Part shown: piece after piece, positions 10,158 through 18,977 of the stretch
How the letters are laid out: every line of letters begins with the position of its first letter
Numbering within the stretch: the stretch's first letter is position 1
The notes under the pieces: model-generated
Database searches by the model: none
The model's input: only the letters and a program-made list of their open reading frames with translations
Told to the model about the DNA's origin: nothing
Program-made: the position numbers and the translations under genes
DNA from: Lutibacter sp.
Lineage (GTDB): Bacteria; Bacteroidota; Bacteroidia; Flavobacteriales; Flavobacteriaceae
Direction of reading: 5' to 3'
Assembly: GCA_003516285.1 (NCBI GenBank)
Contig: DPCK01000113.1
Location: 1 to 47,266, forward strand
Length of the DNA: 47,266 bases

Positions 10158-10202
10158 GGTAACTTTGGTTACTGCTAAAATTTAATTGTAACTTTACTTT
10201 TG
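10158..10202 (+). promoter_or_regulatory. CRP/FNR-like box plus -7 element upstream of the rhodanese lipoprotein
   Basis: GGTAA-CTTTGG-TTACT at 10158-10173; TACTTTTG at 10195-10202. Confidence 0.5.
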
Positions 10203-10222
10203 TAAAAAAAAATCAAAAACAA

Positions 10223-10621
10223 ATGAAAACTACTTTAAAACTATCATTTTTGGTGCTTATAACCATTTTAGGAATAAGCTGCAATACCAAATCTCAATCT
10301 CATTCTGAAGCAATAAAGGTTCTTACGCCAACTGAATTTAAGCAAAAATCGGCGAATCAAACGATAATTGACATTAGAACACCGCAGGAATTTAGTGAAG
10401 GGCATATTGAAGGCGCCGTAAATATCAATTATTACGACAGCAATTTTATGGACCAAATGGCAAAATTCGATAAAAATCAACCGATTTTTATTTATTGCAG
10501 ATCGGGAAACAGAACAACGGCTGCTTCCAAAAAGGCAGCGGATTTTGGATTTACAGAGATTTATGATTTGGAGGGAGGAATTTTATATTGGATGAAAAAC
10601 AACAATGAAACTGTAAAATAG
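10223..10621 (+). CDS. Rhodanese-domain lipoprotein
   Basis: Lipobox LGISC, IDIRTPQEF..GHIEGA, active loop YCRSGNRT, LEGG. Confidence 0.88.
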   Translation: MKTTLKLSFLVLITILGISCNTKSQSHSEAIKVLTPTEFKQKSANQTIIDIRTPQEFSEGHIEGAVNINYYDSNFMDQMAKFDKNQPIFIYCRSGNRTTAASKKAADFGFTEIYDLEGGILYWMKNNNETVK

Positions 10622-10626
10622 CATTT

Positions 10627-11187
10627 ATGAAAAATTTGTTGATTGCGATGGTTTTTATGGCTTTGGTAGCTTGCGGCAATTCGCTTACGAATAAGGAAAA
10701 GCAAGAATACGCCACTAAAGGAAATGAGATTTCGCAAGCAACATTTAAAGTATTAAGTGAAAAATTGACAGAACAAATGAAATTGGGCGGTCCGACCCAG
10801 GCAATACCTTTTTGCAATGTTGAGGCCTTGCCGCTTACCCAGCAATTATCTGAAAAGTTCAATGTAACCATAAAACGCACTTCTGATAAATTAAGAAATC
10901 AGCAAAACAAACCTTCAGAAAGGGAGCTGGAAATGATCAATAATTTTCATAAATTAATTTCAGAAAAACAAGAAATTAAGCCTGTTGTAGAAGTTGACAA
11001 TAATAATAAACAGCACTATTATGCGCCTATTATTTTAAAAGCAAATTGTTTGGCTTGCCACGGAAAAGTTGATGAGTTTGTATCAGTAAAAACCGATTCA
11101 ATCATAAATTCGCTTTACCCCAACGACAAGGCTATTGGATATAATGAAGGTGATTTAAGAGGTATTTGGAGCATCACTTTTGAATGA
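10627..11187 (+). CDS. Tll0287-like (DUF3365) c-type haem lipoprotein
   Basis: Lipobox LVAC, PFCN Cys, KLRN..N.P, CLACHG haem motif, YPNDKAIGY..GDLRG. Confidence 0.85.
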   Translation: MKNLLIAMVFMALVACGNSLTNKEKQEYATKGNEISQATFKVLSEKLTEQMKLGGPTQAIPFCNVEALPLTQQLSEKFNVTIKRTSDKLRNQQNKPSERELEMINNFHKLISEKQEIKPVVEVDNNNKQHYYAPIILKANCLACHGKVDEFVSVKTDSIINSLYPNDKAIGYNEGDLRGIWSITFE

Positions 11188-11227
11188 GAGAAATTGACAT
11201 ATTTTCACAAAAACTAAAAAGGGAAAA

Positions 11228-11503
11228 ATGACAGTTATTAAAGTATTAAATTTAAAATGCGGCGGATGTGCCAATACCATAAAAAAAGGAATTGTCACGA
11301 TTGAAGGCGTAAATGAAATTTTGATTAATTTAAATACTTCGGAAGTGAGCATCGATGCTACTGATGAATTGGTGATTCAACAAGTTAAAGAAAAATTATC
11401 AAGTATGGGATATCCTGAAGTTGGTGATGCAAACACGATGTTGCACAAGGCGAAGTCTTTTGTGAGTTGCGCCACGGGCAAAATGACTTCAGAAGAAAAG
11501 TAA
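11228..11503 (+). CDS. Heavy-metal-associated (HMA/CopZ-like) domain protein
   Basis: NLKCGGCANTI CxxC motif, GYP, C-terminal SFVSCATGK. Confidence 0.85.
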   Translation: MTVIKVLNLKCGGCANTIKKGIVTIEGVNEILINLNTSEVSIDATDELVIQQVKEKLSSMGYPEVGDANTMLHKAKSFVSCATGKMTSEEK

Positions 11504-11524
11504 TTTATTTAAACGATTATGATG

Positions 11525-11571
11525 ATACTTTTTAAACGCGGTTTAAACCGCGTTTAAAAAGTATTTTTTTG
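11525..11571. terminator. Terminator between convergent genes (perfect 40-bp palindrome)
   Basis: ATACTTTTTAAACGCGGTTT|AAACCGCGTTTAAAAAGTAT at 11525-11564 followed by a T-run. Confidence 0.75.
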
Positions 11572-13956
11572 TTAGAATTTTAAGGTTGCTCCAACCAAAA
11601 AGTTTCTTGTGGCTTGCGGATAATATCCGGATCCATCTAAAGTAGTTGTTTGATTAGGAACCGACCAAGTATCATCATAGGTGTAATAATAACCGTTTGA
11701 AATATATTCGGCATTGAAAATGTTGTTCACCAAGGCATTAAACACAATTGATTTGACAATTTTTTTCGGATTAATTTCATAAGAAATATTTAAATCGTTC
11801 ACAAAATAGCTTTCCAGTTTTGAGTTTGCATTGTCAATATTTCCCATATATTGTTCCCCGACATATTTAGACAATAAAGAAAATTGCATCTTTTCATTTG
11901 GTTGAAACACAAAAGCATTTGCCGCGATTAAATTTGGAGAAAATGCAATGTCGGTATTTCCCAAATCAACCAATTCACCATTCCAAGTGGTTAAAAAATC
12001 AACATTCTTGTTGCTGCTGATGGCAATATTTGGTTGCACATAAAATTTATCGGTCAATTTTATTTGCGCATCTATTTCCAGTCCAAGTCGGTAACTTTTT
12101 CCGCTAGTGGCTCTTATTGGCGATCCGGTATCATCAATGGCACCTGTTAAAACCAGCTGGTCTTTATAAAACATATAATAAACATTGCTGTTTATTTTAA
12201 TGGTTTCATTTATAAAGCGCCATCCCAATTCAAAATCATTTAATTTTTCTGAGGTAAAAATGCCGTTTTCAAAATCGTTGCGATTTGGCTCCCGATTTGC
12301 TTTTGCATAAGATAAATAGAAACTGTTATTTGTATTTGATTCAAAAGTCAAACCGGCTTTCGGATTAAAAAACGAATAGTTTTCATCAACATTTATAGGC
12401 GTTCTGTCTGAAGTCAATCCATTCGTGTTAAATTTCACAAATCTGCCTTGCAAATCCGTAAATAACGTCCAGAAATCATTCAAATTATAGGTCAATTTTC
12501 CAAAAATATTGGCATCATCTTTTTCGGTATTGGCATCATAATAATGGTTTCTTATTTCAGAATTGCCGGCAAATTCAGCCCAGATAATTTCTCCAAAATG
12601 TTTTCCTTTATAGTTGCTGAAAGAAGTTCCGAAAATAAACTCAATTCCATCGTTTCTATAGGTTGCATTTGCATTCGCCACATAAAAATCATTGTCCAGC
12701 CATCGTCTTCTGATCAAATCTGTTTCATCAATGGTTTCGCCGCCAATAGTGATTGGCGTTAATAAATAATCGGCAAAATCTTCACCTTCTTTAAATTGCT
12801 CAAAATAACCGCTGCCTTTGGTGTAGTTTAATCCAACATTGGTGGACCAGTTTTCCGTTAATTTTTCATTCCAATGCAATTGATAATGGTCTTGTTGGTA
12901 ATTGTCAATCTCATTTTCGTAGGAATACGGATTATATGTCCGCCCCAGAGTTTCCATTTCTTCTTTGGTAACGCCATACCAGGCCTGATAAGTTTTTTCG
13001 TGGCCGCCAAAAGTCAGTGCTTTTATCAAAGTGTTGTCATCAACATAAGTGGCTTGTAAAAAGTACGATTTTAAATCGGACCAGGCGCGGTCAATATAGC
13101 CGTCCGAATCAATTTTCGAAAAACGGCCCGCAAATTCGATATGGTCATTAATTTTACCGGTACTGAATTTTACCGTATTTTTTTTGGTGTTGTAGGAGCC
13201 AAATGAACTGCTGATTTCTCCAAAAGCATTTTCGGAAACAGCATCAGTCAACAAGTTTAAACTTGCGCCAAAAGCGCCGGAGCCGTTGGTGGAAGTTCCC
13301 ACACCACGTTGCAATTGCATACTCTCTGTGGAGGAAGTGAAATCGGGCATATTCACCCAAAAAGTTCCCTGACTTTCGGCATCGTTATAAGGAATTCCGT
13401 TGATGGTAACATTTACACGAGTGGCATCACTTCCGCGAACCCTGATTCCTGTGTATCCAACACCTGCGCCGGCATCACTTGTGGTAACTACAGAAGGCAA
13501 ATAATTCAACATAACAGGAATATCCTGTCCCAAATTGCGTTTTTCTAAATCTTTTTTGGTGATGTTGCTGTGCGTAACAGGTGATGTTGTTTTTACACGA
13601 ACCGCGGCAACAATGACTTCTTCCAAATTCATAAATTGGTCAGACAAGTCAATTGAAATAAAAACATCTTTTGTTAACGCAACCTTTACCTCCTTCGGAT
13701 TGCTGAGCGCGCTTACCAATAACGTGTAAGTTCCTTTTTTTAAGTTTAAAGAAAATGTGCCGTCTGCATTGGTCGTGGTTCCTTTGTTGGTTTCTTTCAC
13801 CACAATATTTACGTCGGGAAATGGTTTTGATCCGTCCGTCACTTTGCCCGAAAGCGTTAAAAGTTCTTGTGAATTCGCATTAAAAGAAAATGCCGTGATT
13901 AAAAAAGCTGCCAATAGGATTACTTTTTTCAGTTTCATTTTTAAATATTGTTTCAT
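11572..13956 (-). CDS. TonB-dependent receptor, probable thiamine transporter
   Basis: Signal peptide, N-terminal CarboxypepD-like domain, plug IRVRG..RVNVTINGIP, terminal Phe; directly downstream of a TPP riboswitch. Start could be 13938. Confidence 0.88.
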   Translation of the reverse strand: MKQYLKMKLKKVILLAAFLITAFSFNANSQELLTLSGKVTDGSKPFPDVNIVVKETNKGTTTNADGTFSLNLKKGTYTLLVSALSNPKEVKVALTKDVFISIDLSDQFMNLEEVIVAAVRVKTTSPVTHSNITKKDLEKRNLGQDIPVMLNYLPSVVTTSDAGAGVGYTGIRVRGSDATRVNVTINGIPYNDAESQGTFWVNMPDFTSSTESMQLQRGVGTSTNGSGAFGASLNLLTDAVSENAFGEISSSFGSYNTKKNTVKFSTGKINDHIEFAGRFSKIDSDGYIDRAWSDLKSYFLQATYVDDNTLIKALTFGGHEKTYQAWYGVTKEEMETLGRTYNPYSYENEIDNYQQDHYQLHWNEKLTENWSTNVGLNYTKGSGYFEQFKEGEDFADYLLTPITIGGETIDETDLIRRRWLDNDFYVANANATYRNDGIEFIFGTSFSNYKGKHFGEIIWAEFAGNSEIRNHYYDANTEKDDANIFGKLTYNLNDFWTLFTDLQGRFVKFNTNGLTSDRTPINVDENYSFFNPKAGLTFESNTNNSFYLSYAKANREPNRNDFENGIFTSEKLNDFELGWRFINETIKINSNVYYMFYKDQLVLTGAIDDTGSPIRATSGKSYRLGLEIDAQIKLTDKFYVQPNIAISSNKNVDFLTTWNGELVDLGNTDIAFSPNLIAANAFVFQPNEKMQFSLLSKYVGEQYMGNIDNANSKLESYFVNDLNISYEINPKKIVKSIVFNALVNNIFNAEYISNGYYYTYDDTWSVPNQTTTLDGSGYYPQATRNFLVGATLKF

Positions 13957-14039
13957 TTTTTTTTAAATAAAACGATTTAAAAAGAGGTAATTAATCGATG
14001 TTATGAATAATTAATTTGTTGTCCACGCGATTGTTATCG

Positions 14040-14118
14040 CTTAATTTCCCTAAACAGCATTACCTGTTCAGGTTCAATGGGTTTGATCTCAGCCGTTTTA
14101 GGCACCCCTTTTGAGATG
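14040..14118 (-). ncRNA. TPP riboswitch
   Basis: Minus strand reads AGGGGTGCC-TAAAAC-GGCTGAGATCAAACCCATTGAACCTGAACAGGTAATGCTGTTTAGGGAA, with the GGGGUG/CUGAGA/ACCUGA/UAAUG/AGGGAA core; -7 element TATTTTTG at 14129-14122. Confidence 0.93.
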
Positions 14119-14179
14119 GGTCAAAAATATAAATAAGAATTTAAATAAAGGAATTAAATTCAATATATTTAAAAATATT

Positions 14180-14275
14180 TTGGGCGTTCCCCGCCAACTG
14201 GCGGGTCAGGCTTTCCGTTCCAAACTTTTTTCGCTAAAAATGCGCAAAAAGGTTTTCCACTTCAATCCTTAACGA
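14180..14275 (+). ncRNA. Structured flavobacterial intergenic element, possibly a Flavo-1-like RNA or dispersed repeat
   Basis: GC-rich patch in an AT-rich spacer with hairpins CCCGCCA-AC-TGGCGGG and TTTTTCGC-N7-GCGCAAAAA, and repeated TTTCCGTTCCAA / TTTCCACTTCAA; family name recalled from memory, not searched. Confidence 0.45.
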
Positions 14276-14334
14276 ATTGTTTGCGATTTCTAATTTACGA
14301 TTTTGAAAATATCGATAAAATGTTAACCATAGCA

Positions 14335-14436
14335 AAATTGCGCCCTTTGCGTATTTCTTTGCGTTTTTTGCGGTTAAATAAATTTTGATGGAATTAATTT
14401 TTTAATAGTTTTTCTTTGCAGAATTTGTGGTAAAAA
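14335..14436. repeat. Degenerate CTTTGCG-type Bacteroidota intergenic repeat
   Basis: TTGCGCCCTTTGCGTATTTCTTTGCGTTTTTTGCGGTTAAA and TTTCTTTGCAGAATTTGTGGTAAAA; similar tract at 38596-38640. Confidence 0.45.
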
Positions 14437-14440
14437 TATT

Positions 14441-14845
14441 TTATTCAAAATTAGATTTATTTCTAAGTACTTTTTTGAAGGCTTGTTTTTTCTTTTTCTC
14501 CAAGCGTTTTACGATGCTCGATTTGCTTGGCTTTGTCGCCTTTCTTGATTTTTGAACAATTAATCCGCCTGAAATGATGTTTAAAAATCGGTCAATCACA
14601 ATTTCCTTATTTTTGTGCTGACTTCGGCTTTCGTCGCACTGAAGCAACAATACATTGTCTTTTGTGAGTTTGCTTTTAAGTTTTTGAATCAACAATGTTT
14701 TTTCTTCTTCTGTAAAGCTTTCCGAATTTCCCAAATCAAAAGTAAGTTCAATTTTTGAGGAAACTTTATTTACATGCTGTCCGCCGGCACCGCCGCTGCG
14801 CACTGCCTTAAATTTCAATTCCTTTATCATCAATTCGGTATGCAT
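14441..14845 (-). CDS. arfB: Alternative ribosome rescue peptidyl-tRNA hydrolase ArfB
   Basis: RSGGAGGQHVNK GGQ motif, RSQHKNK, basic C-terminal tail. Confidence 0.92.
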   Translation of the reverse strand: MHTELMIKELKFKAVRSGGAGGQHVNKVSSKIELTFDLGNSESFTEEEKTLLIQKLKSKLTKDNVLLLQCDESRSQHKNKEIVIDRFLNIISGGLIVQKSRKATKPSKSSIVKRLEKKKKQAFKKVLRNKSNFE

Positions 14846-14868
14846 TCGCTTCGGATTTTTTTGCTGAA

Positions 14869-15462
14869 TTATTTTCCTAAAAATCGGTGTAAATCCGACC
14901 TAGTTTGTAGAATTTTATCAATTTCACGAATGGCTGTTTCTAGCCGTTCTTTTTTATCACCTTTCAATAAAACATACCGCCGATGGTTTTTTATCAATGC
15001 ATTTTCAAAGGCGCTGAACATTTGCAGTCGTTGTTCAGGACGATCTCTTAAATCATCTTTTTTCCACGGAGCATCTATATAAGTCAAAAAATACAAGTCG
15101 TAAGTATTTTGTAATGCCGCTTTTTCCAAATCCGGATGCACAAATCCGCCATAAAATGCTTCCGAATAAACTTTAGTTTCCAGCAAATCGGTGTCGCAAA
15201 TTAAAATCTTATCGGCTTTTAGCGCCAACTCGTTTTCCGATTTCATTTGTCCTTCAGCAATGGGCAACATATCAGAAATTTCACAGGTTTTTCGCTCGTT
15301 ATTCCATTTGTTTTGTAAATAATCCCTCGCATATTCCGGAACCCAAACCGTGTTGTAATGGCGTGCCAACAATTTGGAAAGTGTTGTTTTTCCTGAACTC
15401 TCAGGTCCAAAAAGAACCACTTTTATAATATTTATGTCTGTTTGTTTAAGTTTTTCTTCCAT
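14869..15462 (-). CDS. NadR-type P-loop kinase domain protein (ribosylnicotinamide kinase-like)
   Basis: GPESSGKTT, VPEYAR, ICDTD, YDLYFLT..DAPW..DDLR; likely start MEEKL at 15462 rather than 15573. Confidence 0.85.
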   Translation of the reverse strand: MEEKLKQTDINIIKVVLFGPESSGKTTLSKLLARHYNTVWVPEYARDYLQNKWNNERKTCEISDMLPIAEGQMKSENELALKADKILICDTDLLETKVYSEAFYGGFVHPDLEKAALQNTYDLYFLTYIDAPWKKDDLRDRPEQRLQMFSAFENALIKNHRRYVLLKGDKKERLETAIREIDKILQTRSDLHRFLGK

Positions 15463-16133
15463 GCATAATACCCTTGAAAAGCCAAAATTAAAAATATGGC
15501 GTATTGAATTCCCGTAAAACCGTATCCTTTTACAAAATACAGCGGAATAGAAACCACATTGCCCGCAATCCAAAATAGCCAGTTTTCTAATTTCTTATTG
15601 GCCATTAACCACATTCCGGCAAAAAAGATTCCGGTGGTAAAAGTATCTAAAAATGGCGTAATTTTTCTAAAATCTTCTAAATTTCCGGCAGTTAAGTTGG
15701 TGATGGCGTAATCAACACTTTCCTTAAAATTCAAATGATTTGGCATCACGTTATAATATCTGTAAACGATTATTACAAAAATGGAGGTGAATAAAAAAAT
15801 GCCAAATGTCTTTAATTTATCAAGGGTATTGGTTCTTGAAATTGGCAAATGGTGTTGTTTGTCATCAACAATTCTGCTCCACATATACCAGCCATAAAAA
15901 CTCATTATCGTATAATAAATATTGATAATTAAATCGCCGTATAATGACCATTGCACCAATAAATACACATACAACGCGGTGCTGATGATGCCCGTTGGAA
16001 ACACCAAAATATTTTCTTTTTTGGCATAGAAAACACTCATAACGCCAAAAATAGCGGCAATTAATTCGAGTGAAATATGTAGCGCGCTTGCCGATTGATA
16101 AGGTTCTATAAAAAAGTTGAGGATGTCATTCAT
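15432..16133 (-). CDS. pnuC: PnuC-family vitamin transporter (nicotinamide riboside or thiamine)
   Basis: LELIAAIFG, YGWYMW, LMANKKLENWLFWI, terminal GYYAW. Confidence 0.88.
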   Translation of the reverse strand: MNDILNFFIEPYQSASALHISLELIAAIFGVMSVFYAKKENILVFPTGIISTALYVYLLVQWSLYGDLIINIYYTIMSFYGWYMWSRIVDDKQHHLPISRTNTLDKLKTFGIFLFTSIFVIIVYRYYNVMPNHLNFKESVDYAITNLTAGNLEDFRKITPFLDTFTTGIFFAGMWLMANKKLENWLFWIAGNVVSIPLYFVKGYGFTGIQYAIFLILAFQGYYAWKKNLNKQT

Positions 16134-16136
16134 AAG

Positions 16137-16853
16137 CTAAAATTGGAATGCATTATTATTTTCAAAAGCAGTGCCAACCACCACCAAATCGGCGCCACTG
16201 TTATAAGCATTGTTGAGTTGCACTTTGGTTTTTATGCCTCCGCCAACAATTAAAGGAATGTTAATGTGCTTTTTCACTTCTGAAATTAATTTTGAATTTA
16301 TAGGAACTTTCGCGCCACTTCCTGCTTCCAAATATATCAATTGTTTGCCTTTGTACATTCCTGCAACGGCCGTATCAACTGCCAACGAAATGTTTTCTTG
16401 CGAAATTGGAATGGTGTTACTAGTTTTAAATACCGATGAATTGGTTCCGCCATCAATTAAAATATAGCCTGTTGGAATAATTTCCAAAGGGGAGTTTTTT
16501 AAAAAAGGAACTGATTTAATTTGTTGTTCAATTAAATATTCCGGATTTCTACCTGAAAGCAAAGATAAAAACAACAAAGCGTCTGCGTGATTCGTGAGTT
16601 GCGAGAAGTCTCCGGGAAAAAGTACTACAGGTAATTTCGAATATTTTTTAATAGTTTCTACAAACAAATCCGTGATGCCATTTTCAACAAAACTTCCTCC
16701 CACAAAAATAAAATTTGCGTTTAATCTGTCTATTCTTGCAGAAATTTCAGGCAGTTTTTCCAAAGCAGTTTTATCGGGATCCAATAAAATAGCCAGCAAT
16801 TTTTCTCCTTTTGCTGAAGCTTCTTGAATAAATTCTAAAATGGTTTCACTCAT
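16137..16853 (-). CDS. Geranylgeranylglyceryl/heptaprenylglyceryl phosphate synthase (GGGPS/PcrB family)
   Basis: LLDPDK, FVGGS, SLLSGRNPEYLI, GYILIDGG, YLEAGSGA, VGGGI, VVVGTAFE. Confidence 0.92.
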   Translation of the reverse strand: MSETILEFIQEASAKGEKLLAILLDPDKTALEKLPEISARIDRLNANFIFVGGSFVENGITDLFVETIKKYSKLPVVLFPGDFSQLTNHADALLFLSLLSGRNPEYLIEQQIKSVPFLKNSPLEIIPTGYILIDGGTNSSVFKTSNTIPISQENISLAVDTAVAGMYKGKQLIYLEAGSGAKVPINSKLISEVKKHINIPLIVGGGIKTKVQLNNAYNSGADLVVVGTAFENNNAFQF

Positions 16854-17484
16854 TTTTTGAAGGTTCTAAAGCGTAAACCAAGGTAAATCCGCCAAGTTGT
16901 TCAAACCGAATATCATAATTTTTATCCCAGCCTTCCACTTTTATATAACCAGTGGTTTTTTTGTCAGCAATTTGAAATGAATTAATATCAATATCATTTT
17001 TAAAGGTCAATCCGCCAAAAGGATAAATTTTATACAAAGATTCTTTTGCGCCCCAAATTACTGTCAATTGTTCAATATAGTCATCATCTTTATGGATGAA
17101 TCCTTTTTCAAAATTGACAAACCGATGTTGGATGATTTTTATCTTTTCCCTGTTTTTTTCAATGTCGATTCCAACGGCAGCATCACTAATTGCTATCGCC
17201 GAAAAAGTGAAGGAATGGGTGATGGAAATATTTTTTTCGTCGGTTAAATGCGGTTTGCCGTTAACGTTGTAAAATAAATCTAAGTCGGAATAACCAGCTG
17301 CTTTTAACAAATGCCGAACACTCAAAAATCCGCGTTTGTGAAGATCGGATTTCATTGAAATGAGCCTTTCTTCGCTTCTTTCCGTCAACAGCATATTTTC
17401 AGTCAAATCACTAAGGGATTCTTCAATTTTCCACACATAAATGGTGGTATGATTATTTGGCTTAATAGTTTTATATAAAGGCAT
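16846..17484 (-). CDS. 4'-phosphopantetheinyl transferase superfamily protein
   Basis: GKPHL, SITHS, VGIDIE, WGAKESLYK. Confidence 0.88.
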   Translation of the reverse strand: MPLYKTIKPNNHTTIYVWKIEESLSDLTENMLLTERSEERLISMKSDLHKRGFLSVRHLLKAAGYSDLDLFYNVNGKPHLTDEKNISITHSFTFSAIAISDAAVGIDIEKNREKIKIIQHRFVNFEKGFIHKDDDYIEQLTVIWGAKESLYKIYPFGGLTFKNDIDINSFQIADKKTTGYIKVEGWDKNYDIRFEQLGGFTLVYALEPSKNE

Positions 17485-17493
17485 TTAGTTTTT

Positions 17494-17514
17494 CAAAGGT
17501 ATTTTGTACTTTTG
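17494..17514. promoter_or_regulatory. Back-to-back divergent -7 elements for the PPTase operon and ahcY
   Basis: TACCTTTG on the minus strand (17501-17494) and TACTTTTG on the plus strand (17507-17514). Confidence 0.6.
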
Positions 17515-17569
17515 CACATTCCTAAACAACTTGTTTTAGTTGTTTAAAATAAAAACAAATTTAAGAAAT

Positions 17570-18886
17570 ATGAGTACTAAAACATCAACTTACGTTAAAT
17601 ATAAAGTAAAAGACATCAATCTTGCTGAATGGGGACGTAAAGAAATTCAATTGGCGGAAGCAGAAATGCCAGGTTTAATGAGTTTAAGAGAAGAATTTAA
17701 AGGCAAAAACCCTTTAAAAGGAGCGAGAATTGCAGGCTGTTTGCATATGACCATCCAAACTGCTGTTTTAATTGAAACTTTGGTTGAATTGGGCGCTGAG
17801 GTAACTTGGAGCTCTTGCAATATATTTTCAACACAAGACCAGGCTGCTGCCGCGATTGCTGCTGCGGGAGTTTCCGTTTACGCTTGGAAAGGTTTAAGCG
17901 AAGAGGAATTTGACTGGTGTATTGAACAAACCTTGTTTTTTGGTGAAGACAGAAAACCTTTGAACTTAATTTTAGATGATGGTGGTGATTTAACCAATAT
18001 GGTGTTGGACAGATACCCGGAATTAGCTGCAGGAATCAATGGTTTAAGTGAAGAAACTACGACTGGTGTTCATCGTTTATACGAAAGAGTGAAAGCAGGA
18101 ACATTGCCTATGCCTGCGATAAATGTAAACGATTCAGTTACAAAATCTAAATTCGACAACAAATACGGATGCCGGGAAAGCGCTGTGGATGCCATCAGAA
18201 GAGCAACCGATTTGATGTTGGCCGGCAGGCGCGTGGTGGTTTGCGGTTATGGTGATGTGGGCAAAGGAACAGCGGCTTCATTTAAAGGTGCTGGATCAAT
18301 TGTAACCGTTACCGAAATCGATCCAATTTGTGCGTTGCAAGCCGCGATGGATGGATTTGAAGTGAAAAAATTAGATACTGTTGTTGGAAATGCTGATATC
18401 ATTATTACCACTACAGGAAATAAAGACATTGTAATTGCCCGTCATTTTGAAAAAATGAAAGATAAAACCATCGTTTGTAATATCGGTCATTTCGATAATG
18501 AATTGGATATGGCTTGGTTGAATAAAAATTATGGACATACGAAAGTTGAAATTAAACCTCAGGTTGATAAATATACGATTGGCGAAAATGAAATTTTAAT
18601 TTTGGCTGAAGGCCGTTTGGTGAATTTAGGCTGTGCAACCGGACATCCAAGTTTTGTGATGAGCAATTCATTTACCAACCAAACTTTGGCGCAATTGGAA
18701 TTGTGGAACAATAAAGAGGCTTATGAAAACCAAGTATATATGTTGCCCAAACATTTAGATGAAAAAGTGGCGCGTTTGCATTTGGCTAAAATTGGTGTTG
18801 AATTGGAAACTTTGCGTGAAGACCAAGCAAAATATATTGGTGTAACTGTTGAAGGACCTTACAAACCTGATTATTACAGATATTAA
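17570..18886 (+). CDS. ahcY: S-adenosylhomocysteine hydrolase
   Basis: [50 protein letters not shown]; ATG at 17570 preferred over TTG at 17540. Confidence 0.98.
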   Translation: MSTKTSTYVKYKVKDINLAEWGRKEIQLAEAEMPGLMSLREEFKGKNPLKGARIAGCLHMTIQTAVLIETLVELGAEVTWSSCNIFSTQDQAAAAIAAAGVSVYAWKGLSEEEFDWCIEQTLFFGEDRKPLNLILDDGGDLTNMVLDRYPELAAGINGLSEETTTGVHRLYERVKAGTLPMPAINVNDSVTKSKFDNKYGCRESAVDAIRRATDLMLAGRRVVVCGYGDVGKGTAASFKGAGSIVTVTEIDPICALQAAMDGFEVKKLDTVVGNADIIITTTGNKDIVIARHFEKMKDKTIVCNIGHFDNELDMAWLNKNYGHTKVEIKPQVDKYTIGENEILILAEGRLVNLGCATGHPSFVMSNSFTNQTLAQLELWNNKEAYENQVYMLPKHLDEKVARLHLAKIGVELETLREDQAKYIGVTVEGPYKPDYYRY

Positions 18887-18894
18887 TTTTATCA

Positions 18895-18940
18895 ATAAAA
18901 ACGAAGCCGTTTCTAAATTTTGAAACGGCTTCGTTTTTAT
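18895..18940. terminator. Bidirectional intrinsic terminator ahcY/comM
   Basis: ATAAAAACGAAGCCGTTTC-N8-GAAACGGCTTCGTTTTTAT. Confidence 0.85.
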
Positions 18941-18977
18941 TTTGTAACTGATTTAGTAATTCGTATTTTTTTTATAA

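Noticed and set aside
11194-11220. Possible fourth CRP-like box before the HMA gene
   Set aside because: Only the TCACA half-site matches, and there is no -7 element at the expected distance
14335-14436. CRISPR-like array in the intergenic repeats
   Set aside because: Units are short and degenerate with no regular spacers, and there are no cas genes
15463-15573. Cys-rich N-terminal extension of the NadR-like ORF (MDCGQC...)
   Set aside because: Overlaps the pnuC coding region in another frame; the ATG at 15462 gives a normal protein
17485-17569. SAH/SAM riboswitch upstream of ahcY
   Set aside because: The leader is short, AT-rich and occupied by divergent promoter elements; no aptamer core is visible
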